A stretch of 64,000 nucleotides of DNA from assembly GCA_964016885.1 (NCBI GenBank), contig OZ024753.1, positions 25,606,001 through 25,670,000 of the forward strand. The letters are read 5' to 3'. The DNA comes from Eledone cirrhosa. Taxonomy: Eukaryota. This document shows positions 50,201-64,000 of this stretch, piece by piece. A model generated the notes under the pieces. It saw only the letters and a list, made by a program, of their open reading frames with translations. It searched no databases and was not told the DNA's origin. The translations under genes were made by a program, and so were the position numbers. Numbering within the stretch: position 1 is the first letter of the stretch; each line of letters starts with the position of its first letter.

Positions 50201-53200
50201 TAATGGTGGCTGTAATGGTGGCTGTAATGGGGGCTGTAATGGTGGCTGTAATGGGGGCTGTAATGGGGGCTGTAATGGTGGCTGTAATGGGGGCTGTAAT
50301 GGTGGCTGTAATGGGGGCTGTAATGGTGGCTGTAATGGTGGCTGTAATGGTGGCTGTAATGGTGGCTGTAATGGTGGCTGTAATGGTGGCTGTAATGGTG
50401 GCTGTAATGGTGGCTGTAATGGTGGCTGTAATGGTGGCTCTAATAGTGGCTGTAATGGTGGCTGTAATGGTGGCTGTAATGGTGGCTGTAATGGTGGCTG
50501 TAATGGTGGCTGTAATGGTGGCTGTAATGGTGGCTGTAATGGTCACTGTAATGGTGGCTGTAATGGTGGCTCTAATGGTGGCTGTAATGGTGGCTGTAAT
50601 GGTGGCTGTAATGGTGGCTGTAATGGTGGCTGTAATGGTGGCTGTAATGGTGGCTGTAATGGTGGCTGTAATGGTGGCTGTAATGGTGGCTGTAATGGTG
50701 GCTGTAATGGTGGCTGTAATGGTGGCTGTAATGGTGGCTGTAATGGTGGCTGTAATGGTGGCTGTAATGGTCACTGTAATGGTGGCTGTAATGGTGGCTG
50801 TAATGATGGTTGTAATGGTGGCTGTAATGGTGGCTGTAATGGTGGCTGTAATGGTGGCTGTAATGGTGGCTGTAATGGTGGCTGTAATGGTGGCTGTAAT
50901 GGTGGCTGTAATGGGGGCTGTAATGGTGGCTGTAATGGTGGATGTAATGGTGGCTGTAATGGGGGCTGTAATGGTGGATGTAATGGTGGCTGTGATGGTG
51001 GCTGTAATGGTGGCTGTAATGGTGGCTGTAATGGTGGCTGTAATGGTGGTTGTAATGGTGGCTGTAATGGTGGTTGTAATGGTGGCTGTAATGGTGGCTG
51101 TAATGGTGGCTGTAATGGTGGCTGTAATGGTGGCTGTAATGGTGGCTGTAATGGTGGCTGTAATGGTGGCTGTAATGGTGGCTGTAATGGTGGATGTAAT
51201 GGTGGCTGTAATGGGGGCTGTAATGGTGGATGTAATGGTGGCTGTGATGGTGGCTGTAATGGTGGCTGTAATGGTGGCTGTAATGGTGGCTGTAATGGTG
51301 GCTGTAATGGTGGCTGTAATGGTGGTTGTAATGGTGGCTGTAATGGTGGCTGTAATGGTGGCTGTAATGGTGGTTGTAATGGTGGCTGTAATCGTGGCTG
51401 TAATGGTGGCTGTAATGGTGGGTCTAATGGTGGCTGTAATGGTGGTTGTAATGGTGGCTGTAATGGTGGCTGTAATGGTGGCTGTAATGGTGGCTGTAAT
51501 GGGGGCTGTAATGGTGGCTGTAATGGTGGTTGTAATGGTGACTGTAATGGTGGCTGTAATGGTGGCTGTAATGGTGGCTGTAATGGTGGCTGTAATGGTG
51601 GCTGTAATGGTGGCTGTAATGGGGGCTGTAATGGTGGCTGTAATGGGGGCTGTAATGATGGCTGTAATGGGGGCTGTAATGGTGGCTGTAATGGTGGCTG
51701 TAATGGTGGTTGTAATGGTGGCTGTAATGGTGGCTGTAATGGTGGCTGTAATGGTGGCTGTAATGGTGGCTCTAATAGTGGCTGTAATGGTGGCTGTAAT
51801 GGTGGCTGTAATGGTGGCTGTAATGGTGGCTGTAATGGTGGCTGTAATGGTGGCTGTAATGGTGGCTGTAATGGTGGCTGTAATGGGGGCTGTAATGGTG
51901 GCTGTAATGGGGGCTGTAATAGTGGCTGTAATGGTGGCTGTAATGGTGGCTGTAATGGTGGCTGTAATGGTGGCTGTAATGGTGGCTGTAATGGTGGCTG
52001 TAATGGTGGCTGTAATGGTGGCTGTAATGGTGGCTGTAATGGTGCTGTAATGGTGGCTGTAATGGTGGCTGTAATGGTCACTGTAATGGTGGCTGTAATG
52101 GTGGCTGTAATGGTGGCTGTAATGGTGGCTGTAATGGTCACTGTAATGGTGGCTGTAATGGTGGCTCTAATGGTGGCTGTAATGGTGGCTGTAATGGTGG
52201 CTGTAATGGGGGCTGTAATGGTGGCTGTAATGGTGGTTGTAATGGTGGTTGTAATGGTGACTGTAATGGTGGCTGTAATGGTGGTTGTAATGGTGACTGT
52301 AATGGTGGCTGTAATGGTGGTTGTAATGGTGGCTGTAATGGTCACTGTAATGGTGGCTGTAATGGTGCTGTAATGGTGGCTGTAATGGTGGCTGTAATGG
52401 TCACTGTAATGGTGGCTGTAATGGTGGCTGTAATGGTGGCTGTAATGGTCACTGTAATGGTGGCTGTAATGGTGCTGTAATGGTGGCTGTAATGGTGGCT
52501 GTAATGGTCACTGTAATGGTGGCTGTAATGGTGGCTCTAATGGTGGCTGTAATGGTGGCTGTAATGGTGGCTGTAATGGGGGCTGTAATGGTGGCTGTAA
52601 TGGTGGTTGTAATGGTGACTGTAATGGTGGCTGTAATGGTGGTTGTAATGGTGGCTGTAATGGTGGCTGTAATGGTGGCTGTAATGGTGGCTGTAATGGT
52701 GGCTGTAATGGTGGCTGTAATGGTGGCTGTAATGGTGGCTGTAATGGTGGCTGTAATGGTGCTGTAATGGTGGCTGTAATGGTGGCTGTAATGGTCACTG
52801 TAATGGTGGCTGTAATGGTGGCTGTAATGGTGGCTGTAATGGTGGCTGTAATGGTGGCTGTAATGGTGGCTCTAATGGTGGCTGTAATGGTGGCTGTAAT
52901 GGTGGCTGTAATGGTGGCTGTAATGGTGGCTGTAATGGTGGCTGTAATGGTGCTGTAATGGTGGCTGTAATGGTGGCTGTAATGGTCACTGTAATGGTGG
53001 CTGTAATGGTGGCTGTAATGGTGGCTGTAATGGTGGCTGTAATGGTGCTGTAATGGTGGCTGTAATGGTGGCTGTAATGGTCACTGTAATGGTGGCTGTA
53101 ATGGTGGCTCTAATGGTGGCTGTAATGGTGGCTGTAATGGTGGCTGTAATGGTGGCTGTAATGGTGGTTGTAATGGTGGCTGTAATGGTGGCTGTAATGG

Positions 53201-56200
53201 TGGCTGTAATGGTGGCTCTAATGGTGGCTGTAATGGTGGCTCTAATGGTGGCTGTAATGGTGGCTGTAATGGTGGTTGTAATGGTGGCTGTAATGGTGGC
53301 TGTAATGGTGGCTGTAATGGTGGCTGTAATGGTGGCTGTAATGGGGACTGCAATGGTGGCTGTAATGGTGGCTGTAATGGTGGCTGTAATGGTGGTTGTA
53401 ATGGTGGCTGTAATGGTCACTGTAATGGTGGCTGTAATGGTGGCTGTAATGGTGGCTGTAATGGTGGCTGTAATGGTCACTGTAATGGTGGCTGTAATGG
53501 TGGCTCTAATGGTGGCTGTAATGGTGGCTCTAATGGTGGCTGTAATGGTGGCTGTAATGGTGGTTGTAATGGTGGCTGTAATGGTGGCTGTAATGGTGGC
53601 TGTAATGGTGGCTGTAATGGTGGCTGTAATGGGGACTGCAATGGTGGCTGTAATGGTGGCTGTAATGGTGGCTGTAATGGGGGCTGTAATGGTGGCTGTA
53701 ATGGGGGCTCTAATGGTGGCTGTAATGGTGGCTGTAATGGTGGCTGTAATGGTGGCTGTAATGGTGGCTGTAATGGTGGCTGTAATGGTGGCTGTAATGG
53801 TGGCTGTAATGGTGGCTGTAATGGTGGCTGTAATGGTGGCTGTAATGGTCACTGTAATGGTGGCTGTAATGGTGGCTCTAATGGTGGCTGTAATGGTGGC
53901 TGTAATGGTGGCTGTAATGGTGGCTGTAATGGTGGTTGTAATGGTGGCTGTAATGGTGGCTGTAATGGTGGCTGTAATGGTGGCTGTAATGGTGGCTCTA
54001 ATGGTGGCTGTAATGGTGGCTGTAATGGTGGTTGTAATGGTGGCTGTAATGGTGGCTGTAATGGTGGCTGTAATGGTGGCTGTAATGGTGGCTGTAATGG
54101 GGACTGCAATGGTGGCTGTAATGGTGGCTGTAATGGTGGCTGTAATGGGGGCTGTAATGGTGGCTGTAATGGGGGCTCTAATGGTGGCTGTAATGGTGGC
54201 TGTAATGGTGGCTGTAATGGTGGCTGTAATGGTGGCTGTAATGGGGGCTGTAATGGTGGCTGTAATGGTGGGTGTAATGGTGGCTGTAATGGTGGCTGTA
54301 ATGGTGGCTGTAATGGTGGCTGTAATGGTGGCTCTAATGGTGGCTGTAATGGTGGCTGTAATGGTGGTTGTAATGGTGGCTGTAATGGTGGCTGTAATGG
54401 TGGCTGTAATGGTGGCTGTAATGGTGGCTGTAATGGTGGCTGTAATGGGGGCTGTAATGGTGGCTGTAATGGTGGCTGTAATGGTGGCTGTAATGGTGGC
54501 TGTAATGGTGGCTGTAATGGTGGCTGTAATGGTGGTTGTAATGGTGGCTGTAATGGTGGCTGTAATGGTGGCTGTAATGGTGGCTGTAATGGTGGCTGTA
54601 ATGGTGGCTGTAATGGGGGCTGTAATGGTGGCTGTAATGGGGGCTCTAATGGTGGCTGTAATGGTGGCTGTAATGGTGGCTGTAATGGGGGCTGTAATGG
54701 TGGCTGTAATGGTGGCTGTAATGGTGGCTGTAATGGTGGTTGTAATGGTGGCTGTAATGGTGGCTGTAATGGTGGCTGTAATGGTGGCTGTAATGGTGGC
54801 TGTAATGGTGGCTGTAATGGTGGCTCTAATGGTGGCTGTAATAATGGCTGTAATGGTGGCTGTAATGATGGCTGTAATGGTGGTTGTAATGGTGGCTGTA
54901 ATGGTGGCTGTAATGGTGGCTGTAATGGTGGCTGTAATGGTGGCTGTAATGGTGGCTGTAATGGTGGCTCTAATGGTGGCTGTAATGGTGGCTGTAATGG
55001 TGGCTGTAATGGTGGCTGTAATGGGGGCTGTAATGGTGGCTGTAATGGTGGCTCTAATGGTGGCTGTAATAATGGATGTAATGGTGGCTGTAATGGTGGT
55101 TGTAATGGTGGCTATAATGGTGGCTATAATGGTGGCTGTAATGGTGGCTGTAATGGTGGCTGTAATGGTGGCTCTAATGGTGGCTGTAATGGTGGCTGTA
55201 ATGGTGGCTGTAATGGTGGCTGTAATGGTGGCTGTAATGGTGGCTGTAATGGTGGCTGTAATGGTGGCTGTAATGGTGGCTGTAATGGTGGCTGTAATGG
55301 TGGCTGTAATGGTGGCTGTAATGGTGGTTGTAATGGTGGCTGTAATGGTGGCTGTAATGGTGGCTGTAATGGTGGCTGTAATGGTGGCTGTAATGGTCAC
55401 TGTAATGGTGGCTGTAATGGTGGCTCTAATGGTGGCTGTAATGGTGGCTGTAATGGTGGCTGTAATGGTGGCTGTAATGGTGGTTGTAATGGTGGCTGTA
55501 ATGGTGGCTGTAATGGTGGCTGTAATGGTGGCTGTAATGGTGGCTCTAATGGTGGCTGTAATGGTGGCTGTAATGGTGGTTGTAATGGTGGCTGTAATGG
55601 TGGTTGTAATGGTGGCTGTAATGGTGGCTGTAATGGGGGCTGTAATGGTGGCTGTAATGGTGGCTGTAATGGTGGCTGTAATGGTGGCTGTAATGGTGGC
55701 TGTAATGGGGGCTGTAATGGTGGCTGTAATGGTGGCTGTAATGGTGGCTCTAATGGTGGCTGTAATAATGGCTGTAATGGTGGCTGTAATGGTGGCTGTA
55801 ATGGTGGCTGTAATGGTGGTTGTAATGGTGGCTGTAATGGTGGTTGTAATGGTGGTTGTAATGGTGGATGTAATGGTGGCTGTAATGGTGGCTGTATTGG
55901 TGGCTGTAATGGGGGCTGTAATGGTGGCTGTAATGGTGGCTGTAATGGTGGCTCTAATGGTGGCTGTAATAATGGCTGTAATGGTGGCTGTAATGGTGGC
56001 TGTAATGGTGGCTGTAATGGTGGATGTAATGGTGGCTGTAATGGTGGTTGTAATGGTGGCTATAATGGTGGCTGTAATGGTGGCTGTAATGGTGGCTGTA
56101 ATGGTGGTTGTAATGGTGGATGTAATGGTGGCTGTAATGGTGGCTGTATTGGTGGCTGTAATAATGGCTGTAATGGTGGCTGTAATGGTGGTTGTAATGG

Positions 56201-59200
56201 TGGCTGTGATGGGGGCTGTAATGGTGGATGTAATGGTGGCTGTGATGGTGGCTGTAATGGTGGTTGTAATGGTGGCTGTAATGGTGGCTGTAATGGTGGC
56301 TGTAATGGTGGTTGTAATGGTGGCTGTAATGGTGGCTGTAATGGTGGCTGTAATGGTGGCTGTAATGGTGGCTGTAATGGTGGCTGTAATGGTGGTTGTA
56401 ATGGTGGCTGTAATGGTGGCTGTAATGGTGGCTGTAATGGTGGTTGTAATGGTGGCTGTAATGGTGGCTGTAATGGTGGCTGTAATGGTGGCTGTAATGG
56501 TGGCTGTAATGGTGGCTGTAATGGTGGCTGTAATGGTGGTTGTAATGGTGGCTGTAATGGTGGCTGTAATGGTGGCTGTAATGGTGGCTGTAATGGTGGC
56601 TCTAATGGTGGCTGTAATGGTGGCTGTAATGGTGGCTATAATGGTGGCTGTAATGGTGGCTGTAATGGTGGCTGTAATGGTGGCTCTAATGGTGGCTGTA
56701 ATGGTGGCTGTAATGGTGGCTGTAATGGTGGTTGTAATGGTGGATGTAATGGTGGCTGTAATGGTGGCTGTAATGGTGGCTGTAATGGTGGCTGTAATGG
56801 TGGCTGTAATGGTGGCTGTAATGGTGGCTGTAATGGTGGCTCTAATGGTGGCTGTAATGGTGGCTGTAATGGTGGCTGTAATGGTGGCTGTAATGGGGGC
56901 TGTAATGGTGGCTGTAATGGTGGCTCTAATGGTGGCTGTAATGGTGGCTGTAATGGTGGCTGTAATGGTGGCTCTAATGGTGGCTGTAATGGTGGCTGTA
57001 ATGGTGGCTGTAATGGTGGTTGTAATGGTGGATGTAATGGTGGCTGTAATGGTGGCTGTAATGGGGGCTGTAATGGTGGCTGTAATGGTGGCTGTAATGG
57101 TGGTTGTAATGGTGGATGTAATGGTGGCTGTAATGGTGGTTGTAATGGTGGCTGTAATGGTGGCTGTAATGGTGGCTGTAATGGTGGTTGTAATGGTGGC
57201 TGTAATGGTGGTTGTAATGGTGGCTGTAATGGTGGCTGTAATGGTGGCTGTAATGGTGGCTGTAATGGTGGCTGTAATGGTGGCTGTAATGGTGGCTGTA
57301 ATGGGGGCTGTAATGGTGGCTGTAATGGTGGCTGTAATGGTGGTTGTAATGGTGGCTGTAATGGTGGCTGTAATGGTGACTGTAATGGTGGCTCTAATGG
57401 TGGCTGTAATGGTGGATGTAATGGTGGCTGTAATGGTGGCTGTAATGGTGGCTGTAATGGTGGCTGTAATGGTGGCTCTAATGGTGGCTGTAATAATGGC
57501 TGTAATGGTGGCTGTAATGGTGGTTGTAATGGTGGCTGTAATGGTGGCTGTAATGGTGGCTGTAATGGTGGCTGTAATGGTGGCTGTAATGGTGGCTGTA
57601 ATGGGGGCTGTAATGGTGGCTGTAATGGTGGCTGTAATGGTGGCTGTAATGGTGGCTGTAATGGTGGATGTAATGGTGGCTGTAATGGTGGCTGTAATGG
57701 TGGCTGTAATGGGGGCTGTAATGGTGGCTGTAATGGTGGCTGTAATGGTGGCTGTAATGGTGGCTCTAATGGTGGCTGTAATAATGGCTGTAATGGTGGC
57801 TGTAATGGTGGTTGTAATGGTGGCTGTAATGGTGGCTGTAATGGTGGCTGTAATGGGGGCTGTAATGGTGGCTGTAATGGTGGCTGTAATGGTGGCTGTA
57901 ATGGTGGGTGTAATGGTGGCTGTAATGGTGGCTGTAATGGTGGCTGTAATGGTGGCTGTAATGGTGGCTGTAATGGTGGCTGTAATGGTGGCTCTAATGG
58001 TGGCTGTAATAGTGGATGTAATGGTGGCTGTAATGGTGGCTGTAATGGTGGTTGTAATGGTGGCTATAATGGTGGCTATAATGGTGGCTGTAATGGTGGC
58101 TGTAATGGTGGCTGTAATGGTGGCTGTAATGGTGGCTGTAATGGTGGCTGTAATGGTGGTTGTAATAATGGCTGTAATGGTGGCTGTAATGGGGGCTGTA
58201 ATGGTGGTTGTAATGGTGGCTATAATGGTGGCTATAATGGTGGCTGTAATGGTGGCTGTAATGGTGGCTGTAATGGTGGTTGTAATAATGGCTGTAATGG
58301 TGGCTGTAATGGGGGCTGTAATGGTGGGTGAAATGGTGGCTGTAATGGGGGCTGTAATGGTGGCTGTAATGGTGGCTGTAATGGTGGTTCTAATGGTGGC
58401 TGTAATAATGGATGTAATGGTGGCTGTAATGGTGGCTGTAATGGTGGTTGTAATGGTGGCTATAATGGTGGCTATAATGGTGGCTGTAATGGTGGCTGTA
58501 ATGGTGGCTGTAATGGTGGCTGTAATGATGGTTGTAATGGTGGCTGTAATGGTGGCTGTAATGGTGGCTGTAATGGTGGCTGTAATGGTGGCTGTAATGG
58601 TGGCTGTAATGGTGGCTGTAATGGTGGCTGTAATGGTGGTTGTAATGGTGGCTGTAATGGTGGCTGTAATGGTGGCTGTAATGATGGTTGTAATGGTGGC
58701 TGTAATGGTGGCTGTAATGGTGGCTGTAATGGTGGCTGTAATGATGGTTGTAATGGTGGCTGTAATGGTGGCTGTAATGGTGGCTGTAATGGTGGCTGTA
58801 ATGGTGGCTGTAATGGGGGCTGTAATGGTGGCTGTAATGGTGGATGTAATGGTGGCTGTAATGGGGGCTGTAATGGTGGATGTAATGGTGGCTGTGATGG
58901 TGGCTGTAATGGTGGCTGTAATGGTGGCTGTAATGGTGGCTGTAATGGTGGCTGTAATGGTGGCTGTAATGGTGGCTGTAATGGTGGCTGTAATGGTGGC
59001 TGTAATGGTGGCTGTAATGGTGGCTGTAATGGTGGCTGTAATGGTGGCTGTAATGGTGGTTGTAATGGTGGCTGTAATCGTGGCTGTAATGGTGGCTGTA
59101 ATGGTGGGTCTAATGGTGGCTGTAATGGTGGTTGTAATGGTGGCTGTAATGGTGGCTGTAATGGTGGCTGTAATGGTGGTTGTAATGGTGGCTGTAATGG

Positions 59201-62200
59201 TGGCTGTAATGGTGGCTGTAATGGTGGCTGTAATGGGGGCTGTAATGGTGGCTGTAATGGTGGTTGTAATGGTGACTGTAATGGTGGCTGTAATGGTGGC
59301 TGTAATGGTGGCTGTAATGGTGGCTGTAATGGTGGCTGTAATGGTGGCTGTAATGGGGGCTGTAATGGTGGCTGTAATGGGGGCTGTAATGGTGGCTGTA
59401 ATGGGGGCTGTAATGGTGGCTGTAATGGTGGCTGTAATGGTGGCTGTAATGGTGGCTGTAATGGTGGCTGTAATGGTGGCTGTAATGGTGGCTGTAATGG
59501 TGGCTCTAATAGTGGCTGTAATGGTGGCTGTAATGGTGGCTGTAATGGTGGCTGTAATGGTGGCTGTAATGGTGGCTGTAATGGTGGCTGTAATGGTGGC
59601 TGTAATGGTCACTGTAATGGTGGCTGTAATGGTGGCTCTAATGGTGGCTGTAATGGTGGCTGTAATGGTGGCTGTAATGGTGGCTGTAATGGTGGCTGTA
59701 ATGGTGGCTGTAATGGTGGCTGTAATGGTGGCTGTAATGGTCACTGTAATGGTGGCTGTAATGGTGGCTCTAATGGTGGCTGTAATGGTGGCTGTAATGG
59801 TGGCTGTAATGGTGGCTGTAATGGTGGTTGTAATGGTGGCTGTAATGGTGGCTGTAATGGTGGCTGTAATGGTGGCTGTAATGGTGGCTGTAATGGTGGC
59901 TGTAATGGTGGCTGTAATGGTGGCTGTAATGGTCACTGTAATGGTGGCTGTAATGGTGGCTCTAATGGTGGCTGTAATGGTGGCTGTAATGGTGGCTGTA
60001 ATGGTGGCTGTAATGGTGCTTGTAATGGTGGCTGTAATGGTGGCTGTAATGGTGGCTGTAATGGTGGCTGTAATGGTGGCTCTAATGGTGGCTGTAATGG
60101 TGGCTGTAATGGTGGTTGTAATGGTGGCTGTAATGGTGGCTGTAATGGTGGCTGTAATGGTGGCTGTAATGGTGGCTGTAATGGTGGCTGTAATGGGGGC
60201 TGTAATGGTGGCTGTAATGGTGGCTGTAATGGTGGCTGTAATGGTGGCTGTAATGGTGGATGTAATGGTGGCTGTAATTGTGGCTGTAATGGTGGCTGTA
60301 ATGGGGGCTGTAATGGTGGCTGTAATGGTGGCTGTAATGGTGGCTGTAATGGTGGCTCTAATGGTGGCTGTAATAATGGCTGTAATGGTGGCTGTAATGG
60401 TGGCTGTAATGGTGGCTGTAATGGTGGTTGTAATGGTGGCTGTAATGGTGGCTGTAATGGTGGCTGTAATGGTGGTTGTAATGGTGGATGTAATGGTGGC
60501 TGTAATGGTGGCTGTAATGGTGGTTGTAATGGTGGCTGTAATGGTGGCTGTAATGGTGGCTGTAATGGGGGCTGTAATGGTGGCTGTAATGGTGGCTGTA
60601 ATGGTGGCTGTAATGGTGGGTGTAATGGTGGCTGTAATGGTGGCTGTAATGGTGGCTGTAATGGTGGTTGTAATGGTGGATGTAATGGTGGCTGTAATGG
60701 TGGCTGTAATGGTGGTTGTAATGGTGGCTGTAATGGTGGCTGTAATGGTGGCTGTAATGGGGGCTGTAATGGTGGCTGTAATGGTGGCTGTAATGGTGGC
60801 TGTAATGGTGGGTGTAATGGTGGCTGTAATGGTGGCTGTAATGGTGGCTGTAATGGTGGCTGTAATGGTGGCTGTAATGGTGGCTGTAATGGTGGCTCTA
60901 ATGGTGGCTGTAATAGTGGATGTAATGGTGGCTGTAATGGTGGCTGTAATGGTGGCTGTAATGGTGGCTGTAATGGTGGCTGTAATGGTGGTTGTAATGG
61001 TGGCTATAATGGTGGCTATAATGGTGGCTGTAATGGTGGCTGTAATGGTGGCTGTAATGGTGGCTGTAATGGTGGCTGTAATGGTGGCTGTAATGGTGGC
61101 TGTAATGGTGGCTGTAATGGTGGGTGTAATGGTGGCTGTAATGGTGGCTCTAATGGTGGCTGTAATAATGGATGTAATGGTGGCTGTAATGGTGGCTGTA
61201 ATGGTGGTTGTAATGGTGGCTATAATGGTGGCTATAATGGTGGCTGTAATGGTGGCTGTAATGGTGGCTGTAATGGTGGCTGTAATGGTGGCTGTAATGG
61301 TGGCTGTAATGGTGGCTGTAATGGTGGCTGTAATGGTGGCTGTAATGGTGGCTGTAATGGTGGCTGTAATGGTGGCTGTAATGGGGGCTGTAATGGTGGC
61401 TGTAATGGTGGATGTAATGGTGGCTGTAATGGGGGCTGTAATGGTGGATGTAATGGTGGCTGTGATGGTGGCTGTAATGGTGGCTGTAATGGTGGCTGTA
61501 ATGGTGGCTGTAATGGTGGCTGTAATGGTGGCTGTAATGGTGGCTGTAATGGTGGCTGTAATGGTGGCTGTAATGGTGGCTGTAATGGTGGCTGTAATGG
61601 TGGTTGTAATGGTGGCTGTAATGGTGGCTGTAATGGTGGCTGTAATGGTGGTTGTAATGGTGGCTGTAATCGTGGCTGTAATGGTGGCTGTAATGGTGGG
61701 TCTAATGGTGGCTGTAATGGTGGTTGTAATGGTGGCTGTAATGGTGGCTGTAATGGTGGCTGTAATGGTGGTTGTAATGGTGGCTGTAATGGTGGCTGTA
61801 ATGGTGGCTGTAATGGTGGCTGTAATGGGGGCTGTAATGGTGGCTGTAATGGTGGTTGTAATGGTGACTGTAATGGTGGCTGTAATGGTGGCTGTAATGG
61901 TGGCTGTAATGGTGGCTGTAATGGTGGCTGTAATGGTGGCTGTAATGGGGGCTGTAATGGTGGCTGTAATGGGGGCTGTAATGGTGGCTGTAATGGGGGC
62001 TGTAATGGTGGCTGTAATGGTGGCTGTAATGGTGGCTGTAATGGTGGCTGTAATGGTGGCTGTAATGGTGGCTGTAATGGTGGCTGTAATGGTGGCTCTA
62101 ATAGTGGCTGTAATGGTGGCTGTAATGGTGGCTGTAATGGTGGCTGTAATGGTGGCTGTAATGGTGGCTGTAATGGTGGCTGTAATGGTGGCTGTAATGG

Positions 62201-63906
62201 GGGCTGTAATGGTGGCTGTAATGGTGGCTGTAATGGTGGCTGTAATGGTGGCTCTAATAGTGGCTGTAATGGTGGCTGTAATGGTGGCTGTAATGGTGGC
62301 TGTAATGGTGGCTGTAATGGTGGCTGTAATGGTGGCTGTAATGGTGGCTGTAATGGTCACTGTAATGGTGGCTGTAATGGTGGCTCTAATGGTGGCTGTA
62401 ATGGTGGCTGTAATGGTGGCTGTAATGGTGGCTGTAATGGTGGCTGTAATGGTGGCTGTAATGGTGGCTGTAATGGTGGCTGTAATGGTCACTGTAATGG
62501 TGGCTGTAATGGTGGCTCTAATGGTGGCTGTAATGGTGGCTGTAATGGTGGCTGTAATGGTGGCTGTAATGGTGGTTGTAATGGTGGCTGTAATGGTGGC
62601 TGTAATGGTGGCTGTAATGGTGGCTGTAATGGTGGCTGTAATGGTGGCTGTAATGGTGGCTGTAATGGTGGCTGTAATGGTCACTGTAATGGTGGCTGTA
62701 ATGGTGGCTCTAATGGTGGCTGTAATGGTGGCTGTAATGGTGGCTGTAATGGGGGCTGTAATGGTCACTGTAATGGTGGCTGTTATGGTGGCTCTAATGG
62801 TGGCTGTAATGGTGGCTGTAATGGTGGCTGTAATGGTGGCTGTAATGGTGGCTGTAATGGTGGCTGTAATGGTGGCTCTAATGGTGGCTGTAATAATGGC
62901 TGTAATGGTGGCTGTAATGATGGCTGTAATGGTGGTTGTAATGGTGGCTGTAATGGTGGCTGTAATGGTGGCTGTAATGGTGGCTGTAATGGTGGCTGTA
63001 ATGGTGGCTCTAATGGTGGCTGTAATGGTGGCTGTAATGGTGGCTGTAATGGTGGCTGTAATGGTGGCTGTAATGGTGGCTGTAATGGTGGCTGTAATGG
63101 TGGCTGTAATGGTGGCTGTAATGGTGGCTGTAATGGTGGCTGTAATGGTGGCTGTAATGGTGGTTGTAATGGTGGCTGTAATGGTGGCTGTAATGGTGGC
63201 TGTAATGGTGGCTGTAATGGTGGCTGTAATGGTGGCTGTAATGGTGGCTGTAATGGTGGCTGTAATGGGGGCTGTAATGGTGGCTGTAATGGTGGCTGTA
63301 ATGGTGGTTGTAATGGTGGCTGTAATGGTGGCTGTAATGGTGGCTCTAATGGTGGCTGTAATGGTGGCTGTAATGGTGGTTGTAATGGTGGCTGTAATGG
63401 TGGCTGTAATGGTGGCTGTAATGGTGGCTGTAATGGTGGCTCTAATGGTGGCTGTAATGGTGGCTGTAATGGTGGTTGTAATGGTGGCTGTAATGGTGTC
63501 TGTAATGGTGGCTGTAATGGTGGCTGTATGGTGGCTGTAATGGTGGCTGTAATGGTGGCTGTAATGGTGGCTGTAATGGTGGCTGTATGGTGGCTGTAAT
63601 GGTGGCTGTAATGGTGGCTGTAATGGTGGCTGTAATGGTGGCTCTAATGGTGGCTGTAATAATGGCTGTAATGGTGGCTGTAATGGTGGTTGTAATGGTG
63701 GCTGTAATGGTGGCTGTAATGGTGGCTATAATGGTGGCTGTAATGGTGGCTGTAATGGTGGCTGTAATGGTGGTTGTAATGGTGGCTGTAATGGTGCCTG
63801 TAATGGTGGCTGTAATGGTGGCTGTATGGTGGCTGTAATGGTGGCTGTAATAGTGGTTCTAATGGTGGCTGTAATGGTGGCTGCAATGGTGGCTGTAATG
63901 GTGGCC
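44205..63906. repeat. Giant 12-bp satellite (GTAATGGTGGCT)n, ~19.7 kb, ~1,640 units
   Basis: Continuous periodicity with point variants and a few 1-bp deletions; both boundaries lie inside the window. Confidence 0.98.
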
Positions 63907-64000
63907 AAAGCAAGTTTAAAAGATAAGAAATGAAGTTGAAATTAGATAAAATAGAGAAAAAACATTCGCCCAATATGAAATGGCAATTAAAATGTTTTTA

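Noticed and set aside
44187-63973. 2000-3500 aa ORFs (VAVM, TITA, PPLQ repeats) as mucin-like or structural proteins
   Set aside because: A 12-bp unit lacking stops in several frames gives ORFs on both strands; 1-bp deletions shift frames; no unique domain or signal peptide

Overview
Eukaryotic, AT-rich, repeat-saturated window with no confidently identifiable host gene. The mix of tRNA-derived SINEs, RTE LINEs with (GAT)n tails, Penelope-like elements and dense micro/minisatellites looks like a mollusc genome, most likely an octopod cephalopod (inference). Main contents: (i) a near full-length but frameshifted CsRn1-clade Gypsy LTR retrotransposon (23120-29114; 4-bp TSD, tRNA-Trp PBS, CHCC gag knuckle, GGGAAAC slippery site) whose LTRs carry two extra PBS-like motifs; (ii) R4/Dong-like RLE non-LTR elements that sit in (TACA)n microsatellites; (iii) RTE and CR1 LINE fragments stacked in one AT-rich minisatellite; (iv) several Penelope-like element (PLE) remnants with minimal hammerhead ribozyme motifs and inverted pseudo-LTR pieces; (v) many SINE copies, one sharing its 3' tail with the local RTE LINE; (vi) tandem arrays with 21, 30, 35, 48, 62, 89 and 96 bp units, and a ~19.7 kb 12-bp satellite with internal block duplications. 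The very long ORFs in the ORF track are satellite artefacts. I found no clearly new gene system; the best leads are retroelement and ribozyme features and a possible exon buried in the 62-bp array.
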